Assembly: GCA_902496295.1 (NCBI GenBank)
Contig: CABVAF010000002.1
Coordinates: forward strand, 131,503-195,502
Length of the DNA stretch: 64,000 bases
Direction: 5' to 3'
DNA from: an uncultured Clostridium sp.
Lineage (GTDB): Bacteria; Bacillota; Clostridia; TANB77; CAG-508
A model generated the notes under the pieces. The model worked only from the letters and a program-made list of their open reading frames with translations, did not search any database and was not told the origin of the DNA. Shown in pieces: positions 26,001 through 33,287 of the stretch. The position numbers and the translations under genes were made by a program. Position 1 is the first letter of the stretch; each line of letters begins with the position of its first letter.

Positions 26001-28298
26001 TAAATAATTTCCTTCTAGAAGGTCATGGCTAAGTACAGTATTATCTGGAATTGTGTTTTTAAATATTTCATAAAATATATCTAAGTCATAAATTCCTTTA
26101 CCTGTAAAAATTCCTTCTTCGAAATTATCCTGGTATGTGTCAGATATAGCATTACTATATGAATCTGTTCCACCATTTCCTGCATATATTTTAGTAAACC
26201 AAGTTTTATTGCTTATTAGCAAATCTATTCCAACTCTTGGTTGAATTAAAGCATGCCCGCTTTCTACAGCTGTATTGCTTTTATTTAGTATAGGTATATT
26301 TAAAATATGTGCCATCGCTCCTACTAGTTCCAAACCAGAATTTAAAACTAAATTAGTATCTGAATCCAATGTAATTACATATTTTATATTTGGAAGTTTA
26401 GTTTTTTCTTTTGCTTGTTCTATCGTATTTACTTTAAAATTTCCGTTATCTCCTTTTTTTATAAACTCATTAAATTGATTTAAAATTCCTCTTTTTCTTT
26501 CCCATCCAAGATAACATGCTTCTCCATCATTCCAAATTCTTTCTCTATATAAGAAATGGAATTTAGGAAACTTATTATTATCATATTTTTTATTCAATTT
26601 TTCTATCTGTTTTAAGCCTTCTCTTATAATTTTCTCATCTATTTCTTCTACCTTTTGACTACTAGGTGTACAATCTCCTAATATTGCTAAATATAAGTTT
26701 TCACTTTTATTTGCTAAATAATAAACTTCTAGCTTTTTAACAAGTTCATCTACTTTTTGAGTACTATTTAAAATAGTTGGAATTACTATAAACGTACTGT
26801 ATTCTTTCGGTATTCCACTATTAAAGTCCAATTTTGGTATAATCTTAGGACTAACAAATTTACTTAAAATATATTGCACAATTTGTTGCACTATTACTTG
26901 TACAGGCACAAATAATAGAATACTAACAATAATTGTTGCTAACAAATTATTTACCTTCTTTTCTATATTACATGCTAATAAAACTACTATTATAACACTT
27001 ATTGCCATAATTCCATAGATATATATTTTTGCTTTATCATTATTTGATATTGCACCAACTTTTTTATTTGTAACCTCTTCTATTAAACTATTTCTTCCAT
27101 CACTTATTAAATAATATCCAATATGAGATTTTTTTAAATTTAATACATCTCTATCTTCTTTATTAAACTCTTTATTTGCTAACTCTAATGCTTTTTGAGC
27201 TATATAAATTTCAGATATACCAGTTTTCTTTGCAATTTTCTTTATAGCATTTCTATAATAAATTCTTGTTTTATAATCCATTTTTGAATAAGTTTCTGTT
27301 GGGTCTTTTTTTAATATTTCTTCTACTCCATTTATTTCTTCAAATATATTTACAAAGTTCATTCTATTTATTGCTTTTATACTAGTTATGCTATTTCCTA
27401 CAGTAACTTTTTTTACTGCAATATCAAAATGTTCCTTTTTTATTACGTCAGATATATCTAACCCCATTTTATTTACTTCGTCTTCTAAAACTTTTAAAAA
27501 TGGATATCCCTTTCTTCCTAGTTTTTTAAGTTTATACGACATATACTCAATAAAAGGATATTTCATTTCTTCATATCCTATAATTTTTAATCTATATTCG
27601 TGAATATTTTTAAATTTACATTTTTCTTTCTCTTTTTCTTCTACAAGTCTTTCTACAATATTTTCCACTTTATATTTTTGCATTTGAGAAGAGTAAATTT
27701 TCTCGCAGACTTCTCTTACTTTTTCTATTAACGCAATCTGTATAAATGGACCTATATTCCATATTTCTTCCATATTTAAGTTTTTCTTTGCCTGATATGC
27801 TTTTAAAAGCTCTGGCAAAGTTTTACTATCTATTTTACAATCTGTATATGCAACTATTTCTCCTGCCAACTCATATATCCTAGCGAAACCTGCATATGGT
27901 CCTGTTGCTATTCCTGGAAAATTAATATATTTTTTTAGTGTAACATCTTTCACTATAGATTTTACTGTTTCTTCTATTATATAGTAATTATCTAAAATCC
28001 ATTCTCCTGCTGGATGTATTGGTATTTTTAACTTTATATGTTCTGTTAAAAGTTCATATATTTGTGTAATTATCTCATAATTTTCTTTAAGTCTAGGTAT
28101 TGGATAGGTTTCTTTATTCGACTTTGCTTGTAAAACATTATCAGACGCAATTTTTTCAAGATAATTTTCAAGCTGCACTTTATCTAATAGTGCACCTTTT
28201 ATATTTAGTACTTTATAATCTTTCAAAAAAATTCCACTCCTTGTTCTATTTTTTAAATAGTTTCTCCAAAGAGTGGAATTTTTATGCATTCTGTCCAA
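20073..28298 (-). CDS. cgs: Cyclic beta-1,2-glucan synthase-like giant protein (Cgs/NdvB/ChvB architecture: membrane GT domain plus GH94-type phosphorylase domain)
   Basis: 2741-aa ORF. GT region motifs: VITLDSDT, LSHDLLEG, RWIRGDWQ. Several TM segments are present. C-terminal GH94-type motifs: RFSDDLLWL, GSGDWNDGL. The start is TTG at 28298 or ATG at 28289. Confidence 0.8.
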   Translation of the reverse strand: MDRMHKNSTLWRNYLKNRTRSGIFLKDYKVLNIKGALLDKVQLENYLEKIASDNVLQAKSNKETYPIPRLKENYEIITQIYELLTEHIKLKIPIHPAGEWILDNYYIIEETVKSIVKDVTLKKYINFPGIATGPYAGFARIYELAGEIVAYTDCKIDSKTLPELLKAYQAKKNLNMEEIWNIGPFIQIALIEKVREVCEKIYSSQMQKYKVENIVERLVEEKEKEKCKFKNIHEYRLKIIGYEEMKYPFIEYMSYKLKKLGRKGYPFLKVLEDEVNKMGLDISDVIKKEHFDIAVKKVTVGNSITSIKAINRMNFVNIFEEINGVEEILKKDPTETYSKMDYKTRIYYRNAIKKIAKKTGISEIYIAQKALELANKEFNKEDRDVLNLKKSHIGYYLISDGRNSLIEEVTNKKVGAISNNDKAKIYIYGIMAISVIIVVLLACNIEKKVNNLLATIIVSILLFVPVQVIVQQIVQYILSKFVSPKIIPKLDFNSGIPKEYSTFIVIPTILNSTQKVDELVKKLEVYYLANKSENLYLAILGDCTPSSQKVEEIDEKIIREGLKQIEKLNKKYDNNKFPKFHFLYRERIWNDGEACYLGWERKRGILNQFNEFIKKGDNGNFKVNTIEQAKEKTKLPNIKYVITLDSDTNLVLNSGLELVGAMAHILNIPILNKSNTAVESGHALIQPRVGIDLLISNKTWFTKIYAGNGGTDSYSNAISDTYQDNFEEGIFTGKGIYDLDIFYEIFKNTIPDNTVLSHDLLEGNYLKCGLASDIELMDGYPTTYQTYKMRLSRWIRGDWQIIGWLKKRVLDRHKEKRNNPLNKLSKYKILDNLFRSVLEINSVLLILATIIIWMWKRVNFVSILVIAVIAVIIPTIIDIVNKVIFYKEGEKKQKTFVKNIGNFRASVLRGWLAIALLPDRAYMSLCAIVRTIYRMFRSKKNLLEWTTAEEAENSKKNSLQSYYSSMGPNIALALIILAISPYIHNVFINGLIIVLSLIWLTAPLIMWYISKDIEEGLQIDKLNKEDKEFIIDIAQKTWNFFKENLTEKSNYLPPDNFQEDRVPKIVYRTSPTNIGLAMLAVISSYDLKFESLDNTLKLLDKMINTIAELPKWNGHLYNWYDIKNLKPLEPKYISSVDSGNFIGYLYVVKEFLEEVKEVYENVDSMLEIISNVINNTDFSKLYNKENMLFSIGFNVEENSLTDSYYDLLASEARQTSLVAIAKKDVEVKHWENLSRTLTKFKNYKGLLSWSGTSFEYLMPNVNIPKYPGSLLDESCKFMVMSQQDYAKMLNIPWGFSEAAFNLKDLSNNYQYKAFGIPWLGLKRGLSEEFVVAPYGSAMALYDEPVNVIDNLKELQKSNMYNKYGFYESIDYTVARLKKGEEYANVKTYMAHHQGLILLSINNLINNNIFPERFMKNPEIKSVDILLQEKMPESLIITKEKKEKVERVVNFDYESYTQREISKINNNLKEINVISNNNYTIVMDEKGNGYSKYKDILINRYKKTDDIEQGIFFYFKNIRSKRIWTTSYMTYLNKPDKYTIYFAPDSNKIVRQDGNIETVLKTTISANDPVELRKVKLTNTGLTEEIIEVTSALEPMLSKREQDYAHKVFNNLFLSYEWIEKPEILLVKRNARGENEEEVYLALNLYTENETIGEIEFETDKEKFLSRNNLGLPKSVENSTPFSKKTGISTETIAAMKRMVNIMPEQSVEFNLIIAVGKTREEALGRVVEFKNEEKIKRSFNLARAKVETENNYLGIKGKDVELYQKMLRYLVFINPLKSILYKERTNEHALVEDLWKYGISGDIPILLVKIKDANDIEIVKETIKAYDYFRIKNIEIDLVIINEEKNSYNNYVKEGVQNVIFNQGLGFMQNVKGGIFLLNGLSKKDKENIEYRANLLINAGMGSILRQIKDLEEEYLENTKEIGDESNLRGIQEDNSYTNNVTTEELKYYNDYGGFSEDGTEYKIKVSKDTKLPTVWSHVLANKNFGSVVTESMGGYTWFKNSRLNRITAWNNNPVTDVPSEVIYLEDMETKKVWSMGLNPVPDDSPYYITYGFGYAKYAHISDGLKQSVDVFVPMNENVKVQVLTLENTQLKKKEVKIIYYLKPVLDEDEIKSNGFNKLEYNNKFNTIFMQNITKPVSTNIMWVSSSENILSYTGCKQSFFGKGNLNAPDGVRKIELDNKNSLWQDGIIAIEMKVEIEALSKKEIVLMVGAGESMLECQDTAYKYSNLNNVRTEFMNVKKYWNSLVNHLQVKTPVESMNIMLNGWLLYQTICSRIWARSGYYQSGGAFGFRDQLQDAMATKYVDIDIMKNQIIKHSKHQFLEGDVEHWWHDENGRGIRTRFSDDLLWLVFVVLDYVYFTGNKDILEMETPYLYGAPLEEGVSERYDKYSNSDVVEDIYNHCIRAIERSLNFGENGLPKIGSGDWNDGLSKVGIEGKGESVWLGFFMYIILIKILPICRYRGEEERAKRYEEIAEKLRKALNTNAWDGRWYKRAFMDSGDALGSIENEECKIDSISQSWATISNAGDNDKKYIALESLENHLVDRENGIIKLLDPPFNKGTLDPGYIKSYLPGIRENGGQYTHGAIWVIIAEAMLGFGDKATEFFRMINPIEHSRTKDSANKYKVEPYVMAADVYGKESLSGRGGWTWYTGSSSWMYEAGIKYILGLNIVRDFLRIKPCIPKEWKEYSIKYRYGSSIYNITVKNESGKNTGVEKFILNGEEIPDKQVKLSRAGGVYHIDIIM

Positions 28299-28309
28299 AT
28301 TTAATTACT

Positions 28310-28558
28310 TTACTTTTCTTGTTCTTCACTATCAAGGTGACTTACCCTCATATCCATTGCTATTCTAGTTATATCTGCTTCTACTTGTAGTCTTTTTTTA
28401 TCAAATGTTGACTCACCTTGTTTATTAGCATCTTGTTTCAATTTTTTCTGAAATTTTTTTCTTTTATCCTCTAAACTCTCTCCAAATTTTTTGTCTGTTA
28501 AATCTCTGTCCTCTATTTTCATGACCTGGCTAATTCTACGAATTCTTTCTACCTTCAT
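28310..28558 (-). CDS. Small, highly charged hypothetical protein (82 aa)
   Basis: AGGAG lies 6 nt upstream of the ATG. The ORF ends 11 nt before the cgs start. No family recognised. Confidence 0.55.
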   Translation of the reverse strand: MKVERIRRISQVMKIEDRDLTDKKFGESLEDKRKKFQKKLKQDANKQGESTFDKKRLQVEADITRIAMDMRVSHLDSEEQEK

Positions 28559-28601
28559 ATAAAACTCCTTATACCCATTTTTTAAGCTTTTCTACTTTGC
28601 A

Positions 28602-30155
28602 TTAGTCTTTTACGGCTTTCTTTTTAGAAGACTTTACTTCTATATTATGCATCTTATCATATTCTTTTAATGCTTTTTTTGCATATTGAACATCTGTTAA
28701 ACATTTAACATATGTTGTACCAATTTTTTGCCTTGTTTCATTTCCCTTTCCTGTAATTAATATAACACTGTCTGGATTTTCCATAATAGCTGTTTTTATA
28801 GCCTCTCCTCTGTCTTCTATAATTTTATATTTACCTCCAACTTTTTCTATATAACCTGCTATTTCTTCACAAATATCTATTGCTTTTTCTATTCCTGGAT
28901 CCTCAGCAGTTAAGTATGTCATATCTGAATTTAGTCCAGAAAGTACTCCCAAATCTCTTCTTCTTATCATAGCATGTCCACCAGGGCATCCAAAAACTGT
29001 TACTATTTTTCTGTCTGGATATTCTTTTATTGTTGATTCATACAATTTTTCAAAGCTTAACTTATTATGTGCATAATCTACAATTGCTATTATTTTTTTA
29101 TCTTTATTTGTATACAATTCCATTCTTCCACTTGACCTTGCAACCTTTAAACCTTCATATATATTTTTGTATGGAATTTTCATAGCAACTGCTACAGCTA
29201 TCGCTGCTAATGCATTTTCTATATTAAACAAACCTGGCATTGTTAGCAATATCTTGTCATTAAAGTATGGTGTTTTTACTTTAAACGATGTATTTTGTCC
29301 TTTTTTCTCTATATTGTATGCAAATATATCTGCATTTCTTGTTGTTCCAAATGTAATTATTTTATCTGCATTTTTGGCATAATCAAGAACTTTTAATAAA
29401 TTCTCTATATTATCCATATTAAGGTTTACACATGCTACTTTAGCCTGTTTAAATATCTTTAATTTAGATTCAAAATAATCATTAAAATTTGGATGTTCTA
29501 TATTGCTTATATGATCTTCTGAAATATTTAAAAATACAGCTTCGTCATAAGTTATTCCATATACTCTATCCTTCTTTAAAGCTTGACTACTAACTTCCAT
29601 TACTAAATTTTTAAGGTTACTATCTACTGCATTTTTAGCATATTTTTCTATTTCGTATGATTCTTGAGTAGTAAGAACAGATTCAACATTTGTCTTTCCA
29701 TCATAATTATTTATAGACGATAAAATAGCAGTATCTGTTCCATCTACTTCTTTCATGTAACTATCTAATATGCTTTTTACATAATATGCAGTTGTAGACT
29801 TTCCTTTAGTACCTGTAACGCCTATCATATTTAATTTATCTGTTGGATTGTTAAAGTACATTTTTGCTACAACAGCTAGTGCCTTTTGTATATCATTTAC
29901 TAATATACAAGGTATTTCTTCGCTATATTTCTTTTCAGAAATATAAGCAATTGCTCCACTTACAATAGCATTTTTTAAATATTCCTCTTTAAACTTTGCA
30001 CCTTTACATACAAATAATGTATCTTTTTCTACGTCATTTGAATTATAGCATACCTTATTTATAACGGTTTCTTTAATCTTTTCTACATCACTTGTTATTA
30101 TTAAGTCACCCTTGCTTAATTTTTCTATGTATTCATATAATTTAAATTTCTTCAT
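28602..30155 (-). CDS. murE: Mur ligase, MurE-type (UDP-MurNAc-L-Ala-D-Glu:diamino acid ligase), probably not meso-DAP type
   Basis: P-loop GVTGTKGKSTT and Mur ligase middle and C-terminal domains. It reads TAEDPGIE where DAP-adding MurE enzymes carry DNPR. Confidence 0.8.
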   Translation of the reverse strand: MKKFKLYEYIEKLSKGDLIITSDVEKIKETVINKVCYNSNDVEKDTLFVCKGAKFKEEYLKNAIVSGAIAYISEKKYSEEIPCILVNDIQKALAVVAKMYFNNPTDKLNMIGVTGTKGKSTTAYYVKSILDSYMKEVDGTDTAILSSINNYDGKTNVESVLTTQESYEIEKYAKNAVDSNLKNLVMEVSSQALKKDRVYGITYDEAVFLNISEDHISNIEHPNFNDYFESKLKIFKQAKVACVNLNMDNIENLLKVLDYAKNADKIITFGTTRNADIFAYNIEKKGQNTSFKVKTPYFNDKILLTMPGLFNIENALAAIAVAVAMKIPYKNIYEGLKVARSSGRMELYTNKDKKIIAIVDYAHNKLSFEKLYESTIKEYPDRKIVTVFGCPGGHAMIRRRDLGVLSGLNSDMTYLTAEDPGIEKAIDICEEIAGYIEKVGGKYKIIEDRGEAIKTAIMENPDSVILITGKGNETRQKIGTTYVKCLTDVQYAKKALKEYDKMHNIEVKSSKKKAVKD

Positions 30156-30186
30156 TATTATATCCTTTCAAAATATAAAATTTTAC

Positions 30187-30909
30187 TTACTCTTTATATT
30201 CTTTTCCTACACTTAGTATTGAAGCTTTTACTAAATAATCCATTGGATCAATAGTGTTTTCTCTAAAGCTTTCTTTAAATCCAGATAGCTCTGTACAACC
30301 AAGTATTACATATTTACACCCGTTTGATTTAAAATAATCTAAAACTTCCTTAAACTTTTCCTCATCAAATATACCATTTGCTTTTACATCATCATATATG
30401 ATGCTCATAACTTTACTTTGTATACTTTCCTCTGGAATAAAATATTTTATTCCATGTTTTTTGCATTCTTTTTGATACATTTCTAGCATAATTGTTCCAT
30501 CTGTTGCCATTATCCCTATTTTATCATCTTGACTAATTATGTTTTTTAAATTTCTTGCTGTTTCTTCTATCATATTAATAATTGGAATATTAGTTAGAGC
30601 TTGTATTCTACTTATAATACTATGACTTGTATTACATGGTATTGCTATGCTTGTTACTTTTGCGTTTTCTAGCACTTTTATGTCTTCATGCATTTGGTTT
30701 AACAAATCATCAAGCTTATTATTTTTTATTGCATATGTTCTATCTATTATAGATGCATGGTTTAATATAACCATGTCTATATGGTCTTGGTCTTTATTTG
30801 CCACAGTATGATTCATTATTCTAGTATAAAAATCTATTGTAGCTTCTGTTCCCATTCCTCCGATTATGCCTAATATTTTTTTATTCAAATAAATTCCTTC
30901 CTTCTTCAC
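30187..30909 (-). CDS. Aspartate racemase (Asp/Glu racemase family)
   Basis: GIIGGMGTEAT opening and both catalytic Cys motifs (IPCNTSH, LGCTELS). Confidence 0.8.
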   Translation of the reverse strand: MKKEGIYLNKKILGIIGGMGTEATIDFYTRIMNHTVANKDQDHIDMVILNHASIIDRTYAIKNNKLDDLLNQMHEDIKVLENAKVTSIAIPCNTSHSIISRIQALTNIPIINMIEETARNLKNIISQDDKIGIMATDGTIMLEMYQKECKKHGIKYFIPEESIQSKVMSIIYDDVKANGIFDEEKFKEVLDYFKSNGCKYVILGCTELSGFKESFRENTIDPMDYLVKASILSVGKEYKE

Positions 30910-30918
30910 AACTGTATA

Positions 30919-32142
30919 TTAATTGTGTGTTTGTTTTCCCAAAAATCTTTTAAATTTGCTATAGTGTTTATATTGGCTCTTTAATAAAGCTAATGTTCTA
31001 GATAACTTATTATCTCCTTTATAAAATAATGGGTTAACAAACTTTCCTTGTTTTTTCAATTCTTTCATTTGCTTTACATATTTTTTGTCAACATATTTAT
31101 AAGCTATTCCAATTGGTATTACTGTCCACAAATTAATATTGTCTGCTATTAAATAGTCATGTTTTTTATTATAAATATAGTCTTCTACAATATATTTTGC
31201 TAAATTGTATCCGGCTCCTGTTACATAATAATTACTTCTTCCTTGACGTACATTTATCTCAAATACTCTAAAAGTATTATCCTTTTCACTATACTTTATA
31301 TCGAAATTAAAAAATCCTGTATAATGTATGTCTTCTAGAAAAGCTTTAAGTTTGTTTGCTAATTCTGGATTATACTCTGTCATAACAACTGCATGATTTC
31401 CAATTCCATGCGGTGTATGTTCTTCAAGCATTGTATGTCCTAAGCACATTAACTCTACTTTTCCATCTTGGTTTGCATAACCTGTCATAACCCTCATATA
31501 AGTATCATCTCCAGGAATAAATTCTTGCAAAATTAATGTATCTGAATATCCTGCATCATAAACTTGCTTTATAACTTTATCTAATTCTTCTTTATTTTCT
31601 ATTTTATATACTTTGTGCTGTGTTTCAAATTCATGGGCAAAATAATCTACACTATTAGATGGCTTTAATATCATTGGAAAATCGAAATCTAAGGAATAGT
31701 TCAGGTTCATATCCTTTGAATAAATAAATGTTTTTGGATACATAATTCCATACTTTTCACACATCTTATAAAATTCTTCTTTTTTTATTAATCTTTCCAT
31801 AAGTTCTTTATCAATATATGGAATAATATAATTATCCGCCAAATCATCTCTGCACTCTATAACTTGTCTTACATAGTTATCTCCACAACCTAATAAAATT
31901 AGCTTTTTATCTTTATGCTCATTTGCAAACTTATTAGCAGCTTCTATAAAAATTTCTCTTTGATCCATTTTAGGGTCTGCATAAAAGTCTACAATCTTGC
32001 TATTAAAACTTGGCCCTGTATAAAATTTTCCCATTACTCTTGATTTTATTCCATATTCTTCATGAAATGCTCTTGCCATGCTATATGTATTTATATCACT
32101 TCCAAGTAGAACACACATAAACTCTTTTTCTACTATTTTCAT
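30919..32142 (-). CDS. ATP-grasp carboxylate-amine ligase, D-aspartate ligase-like
   Basis: VLLGSDINTYSMARAFHEEYG N-terminus and an ATP-grasp core (ILKPS..., LQEFIPG, FEINVRQGRSNYY). The AAAGGA SD fits the ATG at 32142 (MKIVEKEF). Confidence 0.7.
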   Translation of the reverse strand: MKIVEKEFMCVLLGSDINTYSMARAFHEEYGIKSRVMGKFYTGPSFNSKIVDFYADPKMDQREIFIEAANKFANEHKDKKLILLGCGDNYVRQVIECRDDLADNYIIPYIDKELMERLIKKEEFYKMCEKYGIMYPKTFIYSKDMNLNYSLDFDFPMILKPSNSVDYFAHEFETQHKVYKIENKEELDKVIKQVYDAGYSDTLILQEFIPGDDTYMRVMTGYANQDGKVELMCLGHTMLEEHTPHGIGNHAVVMTEYNPELANKLKAFLEDIHYTGFFNFDIKYSEKDNTFRVFEINVRQGRSNYYVTGAGYNLAKYIVEDYIYNKKHDYLIADNINLWTVIPIGIAYKYVDKKYVKQMKELKKQGKFVNPLFYKGDNKLSRTLALLKSQYKHYSKFKRFLGKQTHN

Positions 32143-32211
32143 ATCACAACACATCCTTTTGCTTTTTTATTTTTATAGATTAATTTAATCTTCTCAAATT
32201 ACTATGGCTAA

Positions 32212-32240
32212 ATTATACCATTGCGTTTGTAAAATGTAAA
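32212..32240 (-). promoter_or_regulatory. SigmaA promoter (extended -10) of the ATP-grasp/racemase/murE cluster
   Basis: On the minus strand: TTTACA (32240-32235), 17-nt spacer, TATAAT (32217-32212), preceded by TGG (TGgTATAAT). Confidence 0.7.
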
Positions 32241-32251
32241 TAAAAATAGAA

Positions 32252-32314
32252 TGGAAATTAGGGACAGGTCATTTTTTCTGAAAATCAGAAATTTGGACCT
32301 GTCCCTAATTTCCA
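32252..32314. repeat. 19-bp perfect inverted repeat with a nested 7-bp inner stem, between two divergent promoters
   Basis: tggaaattagggacaggtc (32252-32270) pairs with gacctgtccctaatttcca (32296-32314). The inner palindrome is tttctga-aaa-tcagaaa (32275-32291). Confidence 0.9.
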
Positions 32315-32317
32315 AAT

Positions 32318-32346
32318 TTGTCAAAACCTAAATTTCATGATATAAT
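32318..32346 (+). promoter_or_regulatory. SigmaA promoter of the RelA/SpoT-domain gene
   Basis: TTGTCA (32318-32323), 17-nt spacer, TATAAT (32341-32346), 33 nt upstream of the ATG. Confidence 0.7.
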
Positions 32347-32379
32347 AAATATTGTAAATTTTAGCAAAGGAAGATTATT

Positions 32380-33171
32380 ATGAATGAATTTAAAGAAAGT
32401 TTAAATCCTGAAAACTTTAGGTCTACCCCTCTTTCTGAAAGGGAAGCTAGGAGAACTTATGAAAGATTTGTTATAGATCAAGAAGAACAATTTATTTTAT
32501 TTATTAACTATTTAAACCAATATATCAACCATTTAAGAGATTTAGGTAAAATAACTCCTCATCTTGCATTTTATGCGAGAGTAAAAGCAACTAATAGTGC
32601 TTACCAAAATCACATCGATAGTAAGACTTTAGATGATGTATTTGGAATAGAAATTTTAGCTACTTCTGAGGAAGAATATAAAACATTAATGGAAGAAATA
32701 GAATCTTCTCCAGAAGCAATACATCTTTTAAAAGTTCATCATACTAAAAATCATGATAAGGAAAATGGTTATAAAGCAGAACATCATGCTTGTTCTATAG
32801 AGCCCCAATTAGTTGAGACACTAAATAATTTGTTGGGAAGAAAAGGTAATAGCAAAATATCTGACCAATTATTCCCATTAATTGAATTTCAGTATAAAAC
32901 TTTTGAAGTATACTATCAAGGTAATTTTGGAACAGCTAGTCACGAACAATATAAAAACACAGAAATACAACAAATACAAGCTCTATATGATGCCGACCTT
33001 TTAACAGTAGGCGAATATATTCCAACTATGTGGGTTTCTGACCCATATAGTGATAATGTTAGAGAACTAAATTCTAGAGATGTTTTAAAGAAAATGTATC
33101 CTTCTTTAAAATTAAAAGATTTAAAGAAACCACCTGAAGCACAAGTTCCTTTAAGACACAGTGAAAGGTAA
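32380..33171 (+). CDS. Divergent stand-alone RelA/SpoT (RSH synthetase-fold) nucleotide pyrophosphokinase-like protein
   Basis: Colinear with small alarmone synthetase motifs: ARVKATNSAY (RVKxxxS), DDVFGIEIL (DxxGxRI), ENGYKAEHH (GYRSxH), LIEFQYKT (EIQIRT), ASHEQYK (HxxYK). Confidence 0.65.
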   Translation: MNEFKESLNPENFRSTPLSEREARRTYERFVIDQEEQFILFINYLNQYINHLRDLGKITPHLAFYARVKATNSAYQNHIDSKTLDDVFGIEILATSEEEYKTLMEEIESSPEAIHLLKVHHTKNHDKENGYKAEHHACSIEPQLVETLNNLLGRKGNSKISDQLFPLIEFQYKTFEVYYQGNFGTASHEQYKNTEIQQIQALYDADLLTVGEYIPTMWVSDPYSDNVRELNSRDVLKKMYPSLKLKDLKKPPEAQVPLRHSER

Positions 33172-33205
33172 AAAAATACTTAGGCTTAAGTCCTAAGTAT
33201 TTTTT
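33172..33205. terminator. Bidirectional terminator between the RelA/SpoT-like gene and cwlD
   Basis: Perfect 13-bp stem aaaaatacttagg / cctaagtattttt with a 7-nt loop and flanking A and T runs. Confidence 0.8.
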
Positions 33206-33287
33206 AGTCTTGTTCTCAATTATAATTTCATTCTAAAGTTATAATATTAGTTTTATTCTTAATCTTAGTTTTAGTTTTTAGTTTCTA

